Shown here: positions 33,800 through 57,133 of the stretch, one piece after another | Position numbering within the stretch: the first letter of the stretch is position 1 | Layout: each line of letters begins with the position of its first letter | Assembly (NCBI RefSeq): GCF_009914755.1 | Contig: NC_060940.1 | Length of the DNA stretch: 64,000 nucleotides | Strand: one strand, 5' to 3' | Origin: the human T2T-CHM13v2.0 reference genome, Homo sapiens | Made by a program: the position numbers and the translations under genes | Notes under the pieces: model-generated | The model's database searches: none | What the model saw: the letters and a program-made list of their open reading frames with translations, nothing else | What the model was told of the DNA's origin: nothing

Positions 33800-35500
33800 C
33801 TAGCCTCCCCTTCATTCAAGGGATTCTGGGTCTGTAAACTGGCTCAAATCTGGAAATTGATGGAGGGACCGTGATTCTCTGTTTTTATAATTCAAATTAG
33901 TCTTTTGTCCACTCAATCTGGAAGTTTTCTGCTTATGTAAATTAAGTGGGAATGTAGTAGGCTTCCTGTCAATTTCACCTCTAGGAGCAGCACAATTAAT
34001 TAGCCAATGACAGGACTCTACACGAGCCAGACTATTCTGATTGCTGCTTTGCCTCTGCTGTCCATTACGGTAGCTATGCCCACCTTACTTTTGATGGTTG
34101 AGTGCTGCCACTTGGCCCCTGCCACCTTGGGATCTAATCATTCCCATTGCATTTAAATTTTGTAGTTGAGTGACTGTGGTTCCCACTGTTAGATCTGACA
34201 TACAGAAAAAAGCAATTACAAAGATGCAGGTGCTGCCTTTACAAATCTATTTCACAAAGCATTAGTCAAGGGTATATCTTCTGGATTCTCCCAGCTGGAA
34301 TGAGTAGGTCCAAAATGACTAATCCACTCTACCATCCCAATCTCCCTAAGCCTTTGGATCCACATTAAACCAAGGGAGATGAGGCATTTCCAGTTCACTC
34401 ACAGTGGGCCACCTTTTAATCCATATTTCAGCTAACCAAGCAAATAAAGCAAATAAAAACAGTGAAGAACCTTTTTTAACTCCCTGAGCTGCAACATTAA
34501 ATTAAATGCAGAATCCCTATTTAGTGGGCCCAAATCAAGAAATTCAGCCTGATTCAACTCTATGTTCCTTCCACCATTATCCTACACCCTTAATATCCAT
34601 TCCCATGACTATTCTCCAGATTTCTGCTTATATACATTTGAAAATTCAAGCAGTTCTTTTCGAGTGTAGCATGTGTCACACTCCGAACCTCACCTCTAGC
34701 AGCCCGCCAGGACTTTAGTCTAGTTATAGGTCTAGAAGCAAACAGGGATGTTGGGGTTGGCTCCTGAGGAGAATCAGCATTATCTTGCCTGGCAGCTGCC
34801 TCAGGCGCCTCAGGCAGTGCAGGGTTTATCCCCTCAGACAAAGGTGGAAAGGCTGACCGCAGCGTGGGTCGGGGAGGAGACGTTGCCACTACTGGGGATG
34901 GGGAACCTGTTTCTTCTGGCAAAAAAGGTTTATCAGCATTTACAAGCTCAGTGTCCCTAGCTTCAGCAGGGTCCTCCCACACTTCCCCATTCTTTTCCAA
35001 TCAATGCCCTCACTTTAATAAGTAGACACCTAGCGAGGTGTCTGTGCATGCACCTTCATTGCAGGTCAGCCACTTGCATGAGAAGAGCTTGTGTCTGTTT
35101 TTCCACAATTTCAGCTCTTTCTCTACAGGAGATAAGACTCACTCATGATAATCTTAGCAGATTTGAGGCTCAGTATCTGCTTCTGAAGCCGGAAGTTAGA
35201 ATCCCTGAGTTCATCATTTTCTTTCATCACTTTGTCCGGTGAACTTAGAAGCAACCAATCAGCTTCATTATGTTCCTTGGTTCTCCACATATAGTCAGAG
35301 GTATTCAGTCTAGAGTCACTGAACTCCCCTCTCAGGAGCGCTGAATCAGGAGTGTCAAATGCATTTATTGTGCATAACTCTCCAAATAGCTCATGCCAAG
35401 GACTCCCAGTGTTCTCCATACTATTAGAAGTAGAGTCCTTAGCATTTTGGGATCTAATCATATTAAGCAGCCAACTCCAGAAACCCTAAAACCAATGAAA
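33800..35500 (-). pseudogene. HERV-L gag remnant (stops and frameshifts)
   Basis: ORF fragments 35123-35461 (SPWHELF...ADWLLLSSPDKVMKENDELRD) and 34590-35000 (GEVWEDP...PPLSEGINPALP...ASRPITRLKS) resemble ERV-L/Fv1-like Gag; boundaries approximate. Confidence 0.85.
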
Positions 35501-35530
35501 GAACTCCATCCTTAATATTGTGTTCCTCTA

Positions 35531-35548
35531 GAACCACTCCTGGTACCA
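35531..35548 (-). other. Primer-binding site (tRNA-Leu type)
   Basis: Minus strand TGGTACCAGGAGTGGTTC, 5 nt inside the 5' LTR; resembles the complement of a tRNA-Leu 3' end, the hallmark of ERV-L. Confidence 0.85.
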
Positions 35549-35553
35549 AAATC

Positions 35554-35978
35554 TGTATTCGTCGGGGTTCTCTAGAGCAACAGAACTAATAGGATATATA
35601 TATATAGGGGAGTTTATTAAGGAGTGTTAAACTCACACAATCACAAGGTCCCACAGTAGGCTGTCTGCAAGCCGAGGAGCAAGGAAGCCAGTCCGAGTCC
35701 CAAAGCTAAAGAACTTGAAGTCTGATGTTCGAGGGCAGGAAGCATCCAGCATGGGACAAAGATGTAGGTTGAGAGGCTAAGGCAGTCTCGCCTTCTCACA
35801 TTTTTCTTCCTGCTTTATATCCTAGCTGCTATGGCAGCTGATTAGATGGTGCCCACCAAGACCCAGCCCACTGACTCAAATGTTAATCTCCTTTGGCAGC
35901 ACCTTCACAGACACACCCAGGATCAATACTTTGCATTCTTCAATCCAGTCAAGCTGACACTCAGTATTAACCATCACA
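35554..35978 (-). mobile_element. 5' LTR of HERV-L (MLT2A, probably MLT2A1 by length, 425 bp)
   Basis: Minus strand begins TGTGATGGTTAATACTGAGTGTCA; TATAAA at 35814-35819 and AATAAA at 35613-35618 on the minus strand; ~21-bp internal deletion relative to the other LTR. Confidence 0.9.
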
Positions 35979-35983
35979 GGCCA

Positions 35984-36210
35984 GGAGTTCTAGATCAGCC
36001 TGGACAACATAGCGAGAACCCATCTCTACAAAAAATAAATAGAAAATTAACCAGGTGTGGTCACGTGCACCTGTGGTCCTGGCTGTGGCCTGGGAGGCTT
36101 AGATGGGAAGATCGCTTGAGTCCAGGAGTTTGAGGCTGCAGTAAGCCATGATGGCGCCACTGCACTCCAGCCTGGGCAACACAGCGAGACCCCAACTCTA
36201 AAAACATAAA
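35984..36210 (+). mobile_element. 3' remainder of the same AluJ
   Basis: Resumes with ggagttc...cagcctggacaacatagcgaga, exactly continuing the Alu consensus; AluJ-type right arm (gaggctgcagt). Confidence 0.9.
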
Positions 36211-36327
36211 ACAGACATTTGAACAAGAAAGTAAAAGCAAACAACGTGATATTCCAAATGAGCTCACTAGTGGGAAGTACCTGCAATGTGGACAGCTGGG
36301 TAGGATCAGTCCTCCCGGGCTGTTTGA

Positions 36328-42330
<6,003 letters not shown>

Positions 42331-43119
42331 TAAAACTGGACCCCTCTTTGAGGAACAGCCTCACACCCGCCTTCTCAGAGCCCCTCTCTTCTTTTCATAA
42401 CTACCATCTCCCCTGCCCCCACCAGTCTTTCTGTCCTCTTCAAACCTCTTTCCCTGTGATGCCGAAGCATTCTGTAGCTTGCTTTGACCAGGAAACCTGC
42501 GGAGGCCCTTGTCTGTCCAGGAGTTCAAAACGGTGCCATTGTTTCTTTTAATAACATACAACGTTTATGTCCCTTTTCAAACTATAACACGACTCCGAGA
42601 CTCTGATATGTTCCCATAAAATAAACAAAGCAAAAAGCTTTGCAAAAGGCATCTTGGCGATGGGGGAGATGACTCGGGTGAGCCTGGCTGGGTCTCCGGC
42701 CCCACAGGCTCGGAGCAGCATCCTCCCTACCCTCTCAGGAGTCCTGCCCTGCAGAGCCCTGTGGGACCACAGGCACATCGTGTGTGCCAGGCACCCTGCC
42801 AAGGCCAGAGTTCACTTTCTCTCTCAAGGTTCACAAAAGCCCTTGGAGGTGGGTACTGTCACTGTCCGCATTGTCCATATGCGGAAATTGAACCTCAGAG
42901 AGGGGAAGCAAATTGTTCAAGGTCACACTGCTACTGTAAAGCGGTGGGCCTGGGGTCTGAGCCCCCAGCGGAAGCCTGCAACCATCAGGCATTGCCCTTG
43001 CTCTTAGTATAGCACGGATTGGATTGCAGAATGTTCCAGAATGTCCCTCAGCATGGGGAAGGGTCTTCTCACCCTCCTGGTTTCGTGCCGTGACATGTAT
43101 TCCCGCATTTCTCTCCTAG

Positions 43120-43180
43120 CCCAAGTCGTCAGATGTGACACCAAGATGAAGGACAGGTGCAAAGGGTCCACGTGTAACAG
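43120..43180 (+). CDS. CRISPLD2: Exon 8 (start of LCCL1: [19 protein letters not shown])
   Basis: ctcctag|CC...CAG|gtgagc; 61 nt, phases 1-2. Confidence 0.95.
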
Positions 43181-43181
43181 G

Positions 43182-43277
43182 TGAGCCTGTGCTGGGCTGT
43201 CCTGCCACTGTAGCCTCTGAGTCTGTGCTGGGCTGTCCTACCACTGTGGCCTCTGGGCCTATGCTGGGCTGTCCTGC
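43182..43277. repeat. 36-bp minisatellite, ~2.7 copies
   Basis: ct(g/a)tgctgggctgtcct recurs at 43187, 43223 and 43259. Confidence 0.9.
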
Positions 43278-44394
43278 TGTTGCATATTTAGCAAGCTGCT
43301 CTCAGCAGGCAGAACAGGGGTTAGGGCTGGGCAGTGTCTGGGCATGTGTTCGCCTCGGCCGTTGGCAGATCCTATGGGAATGCTGCAGGATCTGAGCAGG
43401 CTGCTCCCAGTGGGCCCCACCAGACAGATGGGCCACCGGTATATTCCCCCCATGGTAGATGAATAAATCCATCTAGTTGTTGCAGTCATTCAGATGATGA
43501 ACGCTGTCTGCCAAAAAGAACGCATTTGGTTTTGGCAGTGTGACTGCTGGGCTGTTCTTTGTGGTAGTAAACAGCCAACAGGTGCAGCCGCCGCACGCAC
43601 ACCCTCAGAGTCAAATGGGAAAACCATGTCATTGGGAGAGGGGACCTTGCTCGTCTTCCTACGAATTCTGGCATCAGTTTGCCGAAAGCTGAATCGAGTT
43701 ATTTAAAGCACATGTTAAAAAGGGAAGGTTGAATCTTCGGTTTTATATCGCAAGGGTTTGGAATTCAGTTTGCCAGGAGAACACTTCACTTAGACGTTGG
43801 CAGGACTGTGATGAGATGGACTTGGAGCAGCCGGGATGAGGCGGCTCAGTGGGCTCACATGTGGTACTGTCGTTTGTTGGTGAGATGAGCCTCATGTGTC
43901 AACAGTCAGCAGTGGAATAACAGTGCCTAAAACCTCGCGCTCAGTGTTAGGGTAGCATTTGCATGTCTCTGTGCTGGGCGAATTGGGAAAAAGCAGGCAG
44001 CGCCTGGCAGGGGCCTCCGCCGTGTGCACTGCCCCGTCTGGGCTGCTGAGAAGCCGGAGTTGTCCTTTTGTGGCAACGCATCTTTCTGAATGCTAAGCAC
44101 ATTGCGATAGCATCACCCCTGAGTAGTACTCAGTGGAAAAAGGTGAGCACGTATTGGAGAACATTCCTTGTCAGACAACATCGAGGCAGTTCCAGAGTTG
44201 GGGTGGGTGGGGCACTCCCCATGCAGGGAGAAGGCAAGAATCTGTCCACACAAAGGCTCTTAAAGGCCTCCAGTCAAGAAAAGTTACTCAGCCCCAGTGT
44301 GCCACTGTGGGAGCATCCTCATTCTCTCTGTAGAAGCCGGCCCACAGTCTGGCACACCTGTTTTCTGTTCATGGTGCTTTTACAAAAATAGTAG

Positions 44395-46524
<2,130 letters not shown>

Positions 46525-46710
46525 TATTGTGCTTGCGTGAATCAGTCTGCGCCTGGGTAAAGTCTGACTTGTCCAAAAACAATGGAATCCACATGAATGA
46601 AGCTTTTCTATATTTAGTAATAGAGCCATCGATGAAAAAAATGATAAACTCATTGTGAGATGTAATCAACGTGCTTATCTCTGAACATCATTTTATTTCT
46701 TCCTCGTCAG

Positions 46711-46777
46711 GTACCAGTGCCCAGCAGGCTGCCTGAACCACAAGGCGAAGATCTTTGGAACTCTGTTCTATGAAAGC
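46711..46777 (+). CDS. CRISPLD2: Exon 9 (LCCL1: [22 protein letters not shown])
   Basis: cgtcag|GTAC...AGC|gtgagt; 67 nt, phases 2-0. Confidence 0.95.
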
Positions 46778-47260
46778 GTGAGTGTGGCCAGTCCTCCTCT
46801 CAATGGCTTGTGTGGGATCCTGTTGCATATGTTTAAAGCAGGTGGTTGGCTTTAGTAGGAAAAGATTTTCTTTCCACTCCTTAGTCAAACCTGGCATTTC
46901 TAGAACTGGGGCGGGTGTATATTTATGGGCTTACAAACTAGCAAAGCCACTTTCGGGGACCAATCCTCCTGAAGGCCAGTCTCCGTCTTAGACTGAGCAT
47001 TCACACACTGGACCGAGCAGGGAGAAAGGGATGTTTGTCACTCTTCTTAGTTTGTAAAGCAACTCAGATGAGTTTTTAAGGTAAGCAACCCCAGGAACAA
47101 ATATGTGGTTACAGACAGAGGCGAGAGGCAGGAGCAGAGTGAGCTTTGGCCTGTCCTTCAGGCTTTTAGTGAGTTGAGGACAAATGTTTGGGTATTTCTG
47201 GTGAAACTTGCTGACAGAGGTTGAGAATGTGCCTCTGGTCTTCTCTTCCCTTCCCGCCAG

Positions 47261-49517
<2,257 letters not shown>

Positions 49518-49576
49518 ATATACATATGTGTGTGTGTGTGTGTGTGTGTCAGGAATATATTTCTGTGCCTTTAAAT

Positions 49577-49808
49577 CAAGCTTGTCCAACCCACAGCCCA
49601 TGGGCTGCATGTAGCCCAGGACGACTCTGAATGTGCCCAACACAAATTTGTAAACATGAGAAACATGAGATTTATGCATGGACTTTTTTTTTTTTTTTTT
49701 TTTTTTGTAGCTCATCAGCTATCATTAGTGTTAGTATATTTTATCTGTAGCCCAAGACAATTCTTTTTCCAGTGTGGCCTAGGGAAGCCAAAAGATTAGA
49801 CACCCTTG
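49577..49808 (-). mobile_element. MER30 (hAT-Charlie MITE)
   Basis: Termini caagcttgtccaa...ttagacacccttg; 8-bp TSD CTTTAAAT at 49569-49576 and 50147-50154. Confidence 0.82.
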
Positions 49809-49809
49809 C

Positions 49810-50134
49810 TTTTTTTATTTTATTTTTTATTTTGTTATTTTTTGAGATGGAGTCTCTCTCTGTCGCCCAGCCTGGAGTGCAGTGGCGCAATTTCAGCTCA
49901 CTGCAACCTCCTCCTCATGGGTTCAAGTGATTCTCCTGCCTTAGCCTCCTGAGTAGCTGGGATTACAGGCACCCGCCACCATGTCCAGCTAATTTTTTTT
50001 TTTTTTTTTTTTTAAGTAGAGACGGGGTTTCGCCACGTTGGCCAGGCTGGTCTTGAACTCCTGACCTCAGGTGATCCACCCGCCTGGGCCTCCCCAAGTG
50101 CTAGGATTACATGCGTGAGCCATTGCACCCGGCC
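49810..50134 (-). mobile_element. AluS inserted at the MER30 end
   Basis: 16-bp TSD t(a/g)gacacccttgcttt at 49797-49812 and 50135-50150. Confidence 0.9.
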
Positions 50135-50278
50135 TGGACACCCTTGCTTTAAATGTTCTTCCAAACCTAATGTGAATGATCTCCCCATTGAATAGAAGTC
50201 CCTTGATGTACTAAACCAGTCCCCTTTGTTGGATAGCTATATAGAACCATGGCCTGTTCAAGTGACAGACTGGACCAG

Positions 50279-51099
50279 CAGGGTTCAGCAAACGATGACT
50301 CATGGGTTAAATCCTGCCTATTGCCTGCTTTTGTAAATAAAGTTTTATTGGAACACAGTTACACCTATTCCACATCATCTATAGCTCCTCTCTGCTACAA
50401 CAGCAGAGTTGATTAATCTTGACATCAAACATAAGGACCACAAAGCCAAACATGTTTGCTCTATGGTCCTTTAAGAAAAAGTTTACCTGGCCGGGCGCGG
50501 TGGCTCACGCCTATAATCCCAGCACTTTGAGACGTCCAGGCAGATGGGTCACCTGAGGTCAGGAGTTTGAGACCAGCCTGGCCAACATGGTGAAACCCCG
50601 TCTCTACTAAAAATACAAAAATTATCCAGGTGTGGTGGCAGGCACCTGTAATCTCAGCTACTTGGGAGGTTGAGGCAGGAGAATTGCCTGAACCCAGGAG
50701 GTGAAGGTTGCAGTGAGCCAAGATCATGCCATGGCACTCCAGCCTGGGCGACAGAGTGAGACTCCGTCTCAAAAAAAAAAGGCCGGTGCAGTGGTTTCCA
50801 CCTGTAATCTTAGCACTTTGGGAGGCTGAGGCAGGTGGATTACCTGAGGTCAGGAGTTCGAGACAAGCCTGGCCAACATGGTGAAACCCTGTCTCTACTG
50901 AAAATACAAAAATTAGCTGGCTGTGGTGGCAGGCGCCTCTAATCCCAGCTACTCGGGAGGCTAAGGCAGGAGAATCAGTTGAACTCAGGGGTGGAGGTTG
51001 CAGTGAGCCAAGATCGTGCCGTTTCACTCCAGCCTGGGCAAAAAGAGCAAAACTCTGTCTCAAAGAAAAAAAGAAAAAGAAAAAGTTTACTTAGCCCTG
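50279..51099. mobile_element. MER58A interrupted by two head-to-tail Alus (50489-50780, 50781-~51076, +)
   Basis: cagggttcagcaaac...tttgtaaataaagttttattggaacacag...ccctg; single outer TSD aagaaaaagtttac at 50473-50486 and 51077-51090. Confidence 0.8.
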
Positions 51100-51706
51100 A
51101 ACTAAATAAAGACATGCTGTCAGAGATCACAGGTGGCCAGTATTAGAACTGTTTCCTTACCTGTGTTGTTTAAACACAACAAAATGACCTTGAAGATAAA
51201 AGCCCCTCGCCCCTCAGCAGGGATGAATGTGCCTTGATTAGCGGCAGGAGGTAGGTGGTATGTCAGAAGGAGCTCTAGAGCAGGCACTGGAAAGCTGGGC
51301 TCCCACCTCAGTCCTGGGAAGGGCACTCTGAGCTCTCTGAGCTTCCATTTCCTCATCTGCCTACTTAGAGTAACACCTGCTGTGAGGAGCAAAGGTGATC
51401 AAGTCAGGAAAAGCTTCCAAATAAGAAAGTCACCATTCAGATGAAAAGCACCATCAGCCCCACAGAGAAACCACTGGGGGTGACAACGCCCTCAACCCGC
51501 CAACACATGCAGGCCGTGGGTTTGGTCTCATCTCTTAAGTGCCCCTACGTGGGGTACGAGGAGCCTGCTGGGTCGTAGTCCCAGCTCTATTCAAGGGCCC
51601 AGGGAACCCATAGGCCCTGGTAGTCTAGTGGCCCATTGCACAGCCTGGTAGCCTGAGGCCCAGGCGTGCTGGGACCTGACCCTTTCCCCCTTGCTCCTGT
51701 TCACAG

Positions 51707-51779
51707 TGCAGGATTTGGACTGCTACACGACCGTTGCTCAGCTGTGCCCGTTTGAAAAGCCAGCAACTCACTGCCCAAG
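51707..51779 (+). CDS. CRISPLD2: Exon 12 (start of LCCL2: [23 protein letters not shown])
   Basis: tcacag|TG...AAG|gtaagg; 73 nt, phases 1-2. Confidence 0.95.
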
Positions 51780-51899
51780 GTAAGGCGGGCCTGATCTGTC
51801 ATCTTTTCTATGGAAGATGTTAGAAGTAGCTTTTTAGGCTGGGTGAGGTGGCTCACAGCTGTAATCCCAGCACTTTGGGAGGCCGAGGCGGGTGGATCA

Positions 51900-52555
<656 letters not shown>

Positions 52556-53656
52556 TCAAAGTGTAGACATTGTCAGCACCGAATGTCATTACTGCTCTGG
52601 TGGCCAGTCCCTCTCCCTCCAGCTCCCGGCCACACCCCTGCACCAGGGAGCTTCTTTCTGTTGCTCTGATTTTGCTTTTTCAGCAAAATTATGGCGCCGT
52701 GGCAGGGTGTGGTCTTGGGTGTCTGGCTTCTCACTCTGCGTCATGTGTTGGAGACTCAGCCGTGTTGTGGAGCGTGTTTGTTTATTCTTTCAAATCCTCA
52801 TGCAGCATTCCATTCTGTGGATACGTGACAACGGGTTTGTCCCAGGAATCGGTTCTACAGGCAGCTAACCCCAAATGAGTGGTCCACGGAGGACGATGCC
52901 TCCCAGCATAAAATAAAGGGTGTCCTGGGAACAGCTGTCGCTGAAGTTCCTGGTAGATCCTCTTGGGAAGGGAACACAGGAACATCCTCTTATTTGAATC
53001 GGCTGAGGCACCTTCTCAGGTGGAAAAGGCCGCAGGTCTCTGGGACGTCCCCACTTTATAGATGTTCCCCAGGGTTCAGATCATATAATACATCTGTAAT
53101 GCTAAGCTGCCCTTCAAACAGAGCACGCTTTCTGACTTAGCTCCATTGTAGAATTAGAAATAGAATGACAGTCCCAGGACCCTGGGTTGAAATGCTTTGA
53201 GGATGAAGACAGCTGCCCTGGAGGCTGGGTGGTGTGGCCCTCATGAGCCCTCATCCTGGGCTGGAGACCTGTGGATTCTCCAAGGGACAATAGGTGGTGA
53301 CCCCAAGGTTCCGAGCAGGGAAAGGCCCAGGAGGGTGACTGGTTGGGAGGGGCCCAGACTGCTTTCCCTTGACTGCCACCCCACTTCAGGCTTTCTCTGG
53401 GCCTCCACTGCCTCCGCACCACCGTCTTGATCCCCCTTGAATGTTCGAGTGGGGATAACAGCCTTTTAGTAGATTTTCCCTGAATATTAGAGAGAAGCAG
53501 AAGGAAAGAATTTCAGAAAATACAAACAGAAAAACTTGACACAGTGCAATATGCAAAATGTTAATTTCTGATCTGCCATTCCAAAAGAAGTAGGAAAGAA
53601 TGGAGACTGTTCTTAGACTCTTTCCAATTCTTTTTTTTTTTTTTTTTTGAGACTGA

Positions 53657-53809
<153 letters not shown>

Positions 53810-54777
53810 TAGTAGAGATGGGGTTTCACCATGTTGGCCAGGCTGGTCTCGAACTCCCGACCTCAGGTGATCCACCCACCTCGGCCTCCCAAAGTGCTGG
53901 GATCACAGGTGTGAGCCACTGCACCTGGCCTTCTTTTTTTTTTTTAAATCCACACACACACCCTTTCTCTCTACCCACTCATTTCCCTTCCTCCCAGCCC
54001 CTAAGAACTGTTTCAACTTCTCAGTCCCTTTGCCTGGCCTTCTTCCTTCCCATAATCCTGCCTGCCTGGGGCCAGATGGCTTCCGGCTGCCATTTTGGTT
54101 TCTTGGTCCCTGGGCTCCAGCCCACGGTGGACTGTTCCAGATAAACACAGAAGATCTTTTCTTAAGTAAAGCCCGTGCTCTTTCCTGGCTTGAGTTTGTC
54201 AAACCACCCAGGGGTCACCCATTTCCAGTTTGAGGTGCTTTCCTCATGCCCTGGAGGATCTGTGGTGACTGACACACAGTGATCTAACCCCTTCCACCCC
54301 AGGTTATCAGTGCCCCCGCCTTGGAATATTCTGTGACTCAGCGAGGTGAGGGCCCTCCACCCTTTCCTCCTCCACACAGGGAAGCGGCCTTAGAAAAAGT
54401 CTCTTGATGCTAATCTCCATAATGTACCCACAGTGTGAACTAGCCAACATCCAAGAATGGGAGGGGCAGCCTCACAATTCCACACTCTTCTCTCTTAGAT
54501 TTTTATTCTCTTTACCTTTTTGTTTGTGCATGTCTTTTGTGGATGTGTGTGTGTTTTTAAAAATTCTATCTACACTGTTTAAGAGAAGCAAAAATAGTAA
54601 TATCTTTACCTCTGCTGAGGGGGGAGAAGTATTGTTTTTTTTCTTAATGAGGAAAACTGTATGGCGGTTTCCTTTCATCTACGAACTTAAATCTTGGAAT
54701 TCAAATAAAGAGAGCCAGCTTAAGAAGTTTGGTTTTCTGTGCTCAGACCCATCACATAAATGCTTCCTGTTTTTCAG

Positions 54778-54853
54778 AATCCATTGTCCGGCACACTGCA
54801 AAGACGAACCTTCCTACTGGGCTCCGGTGTTTGGAACCAACATCTATGCAGAT
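54778..54853 (+). CDS. CRISPLD2: Exon 13 (LCCL2: [25 protein letters not shown])
   Basis: ttttcag|A...GAT|gtgagt; 76 nt, phases 2-0. Confidence 0.96.
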
Positions 54854-54984
54854 GTGAGTAGGATGCATTTTCAACAACTATCTCGCAAAGCCTGTTAAAG
54901 ACCTCAACATGCAAGCTCCAAGATCTGGATACTTGAAACTTTATTCCAGTGCCTCTTAGCTAAATTAATTAATTAATTAATTAA

Positions 54985-55137
<153 letters not shown>

Positions 55138-55925
55138 TAATTTTTGTATTTTCAGTAGAGACAGGGTTTCACCATGTTGGCCAGGCTGGTTTCGAACTCC
55201 CAACCTCAGATGATCCGCCCACCTCTGCCTCCCAAAGTGCTGGGATTCCAGGTGTGAGTCCCCACACCCGGCCAACCTCTTAGCTAAGTTTAGACCACTC
55301 ATTTCTGCAAACATTTTCCCCATTTCCCCATTTCTAGAGATAGTAGTGCTTCTACCTACCTGTCCTCACAAATGCAGATTCAGGAGTGCCTGGCCTTACT
55401 TAAATGTTTTCGCAGTTTGAAGGCTCTCATGCTTCAGATAGTTCATTTTTCCGGCTATTTAGTCATCTTCCCAGCTCTCCGGATGCATTTATAGAAACTG
55501 GTCCACGCACTGTATTTCTTCTCAGTTATGCACACACTTAGCTAAAAGCACAAAGAAGATAATACAGACCACCCTAATTTACTGCTTGTTGATAGCCACT
55601 CTGGTTATACCAATCTCTTCCTCTGTTTTTTCCCTCCGAATTTTAACCAGGGAGCTTTAGCCCGGTTTTTCTTAGGTGGATCCTGCAGAACATTGTCTGT
55701 TCCCTCTGGTTGTCCAGGGTTTGGGGACATGGTGACCCAGACAATGTGACTGTGGTCCCACTTCTGCTGCCAGCAGGCTGTGTGATCTTGTCAAGCTGTT
55801 TCCTTGTGGCGGAACGGCCCAGAACCGGGATTATCAAATCCAGGGAATCTTCTAGATCTAAAATTCTGTGATTAGGGCAGCATCATTCATCTCTAGCTAA
55901 TGTTTTTTATTTTTTTATTTTCTGA

Positions 55926-56156
<231 letters not shown>

Positions 56157-56364
56157 TAAATATGAGGTCACTGGGCTCTGTAAGGTCAGAGCAGGCTTCA
56201 TGACTAAGCTTATCTCCCCCCATCTTTTTTCTTTCCTCTTTAAATGGGTCTTTTTTTCTTCTTGAAAGTGATTCAGCTAAAATTGAGTTATAAGAGTTAG
56301 AATTTTTATGAAGGAGTAAAATAATATTGTCGATTATTACACCAAATGTTTGAACCAAATTCTA

Positions 56365-56670
56365 CCATTAAGAGACAGAGGCTGAGGTTTTCAAATGATT
56401 TAAAAATAAAGAGCTGGGCAAAGCAATCCCAGCCAAATACAAACAAACACATGAAAAGCAAGAGTGGCAATATTCCTCTCTGAAAAAGTGGAATTTAAAG
56501 TTAAATGTACTGAATGAGACAAAGTAATGTTACACAATGGCACAGAAGATACAATTTACAGGAAAAGGAATAAAAACTGTACACACCAAACAATATAGCA
56601 GCTAAACCAATAAAGCAAAAAAAAAAAAAAAAAAAAAAAAGCAAGAACTTAATGGATATTTGCAACAATA
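56365..56670 (+). mobile_element. Ancient L1 ORF2 (endonuclease-region) fragment
   Basis: A-rich diverged match: gagtggcaatatt...gaatttaaag...gagacaaag...tgtacacaccaaacaatatagc. Confidence 0.55.
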
Positions 56671-56671
56671 G

Positions 56672-57133
<462 letters not shown>

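Larger units (their letters stand above)
29509..35978 (-). mobile_element. Full-length HERV-L provirus (MLT2A LTR - gag/pro/pol/dUTPase - MLT2A LTR, no env)
   Basis: Two homologous LTRs with TG...CA ends; 5-bp TSD GGCCA at 29504-29508 and 35979-35983; PBS and PPT; PR, RT, RNase H, IN and dUTPase motifs in ERV-L order. Confidence 0.96.

Noticed and set aside
29509-35978. Replication-competent or domesticated retrovirus
   Set aside because: There are multiple frameshifts and stops, RT YxDD has decayed to CTED, the integrase catalytic D is replaced by N, and the LTRs are visibly diverged.
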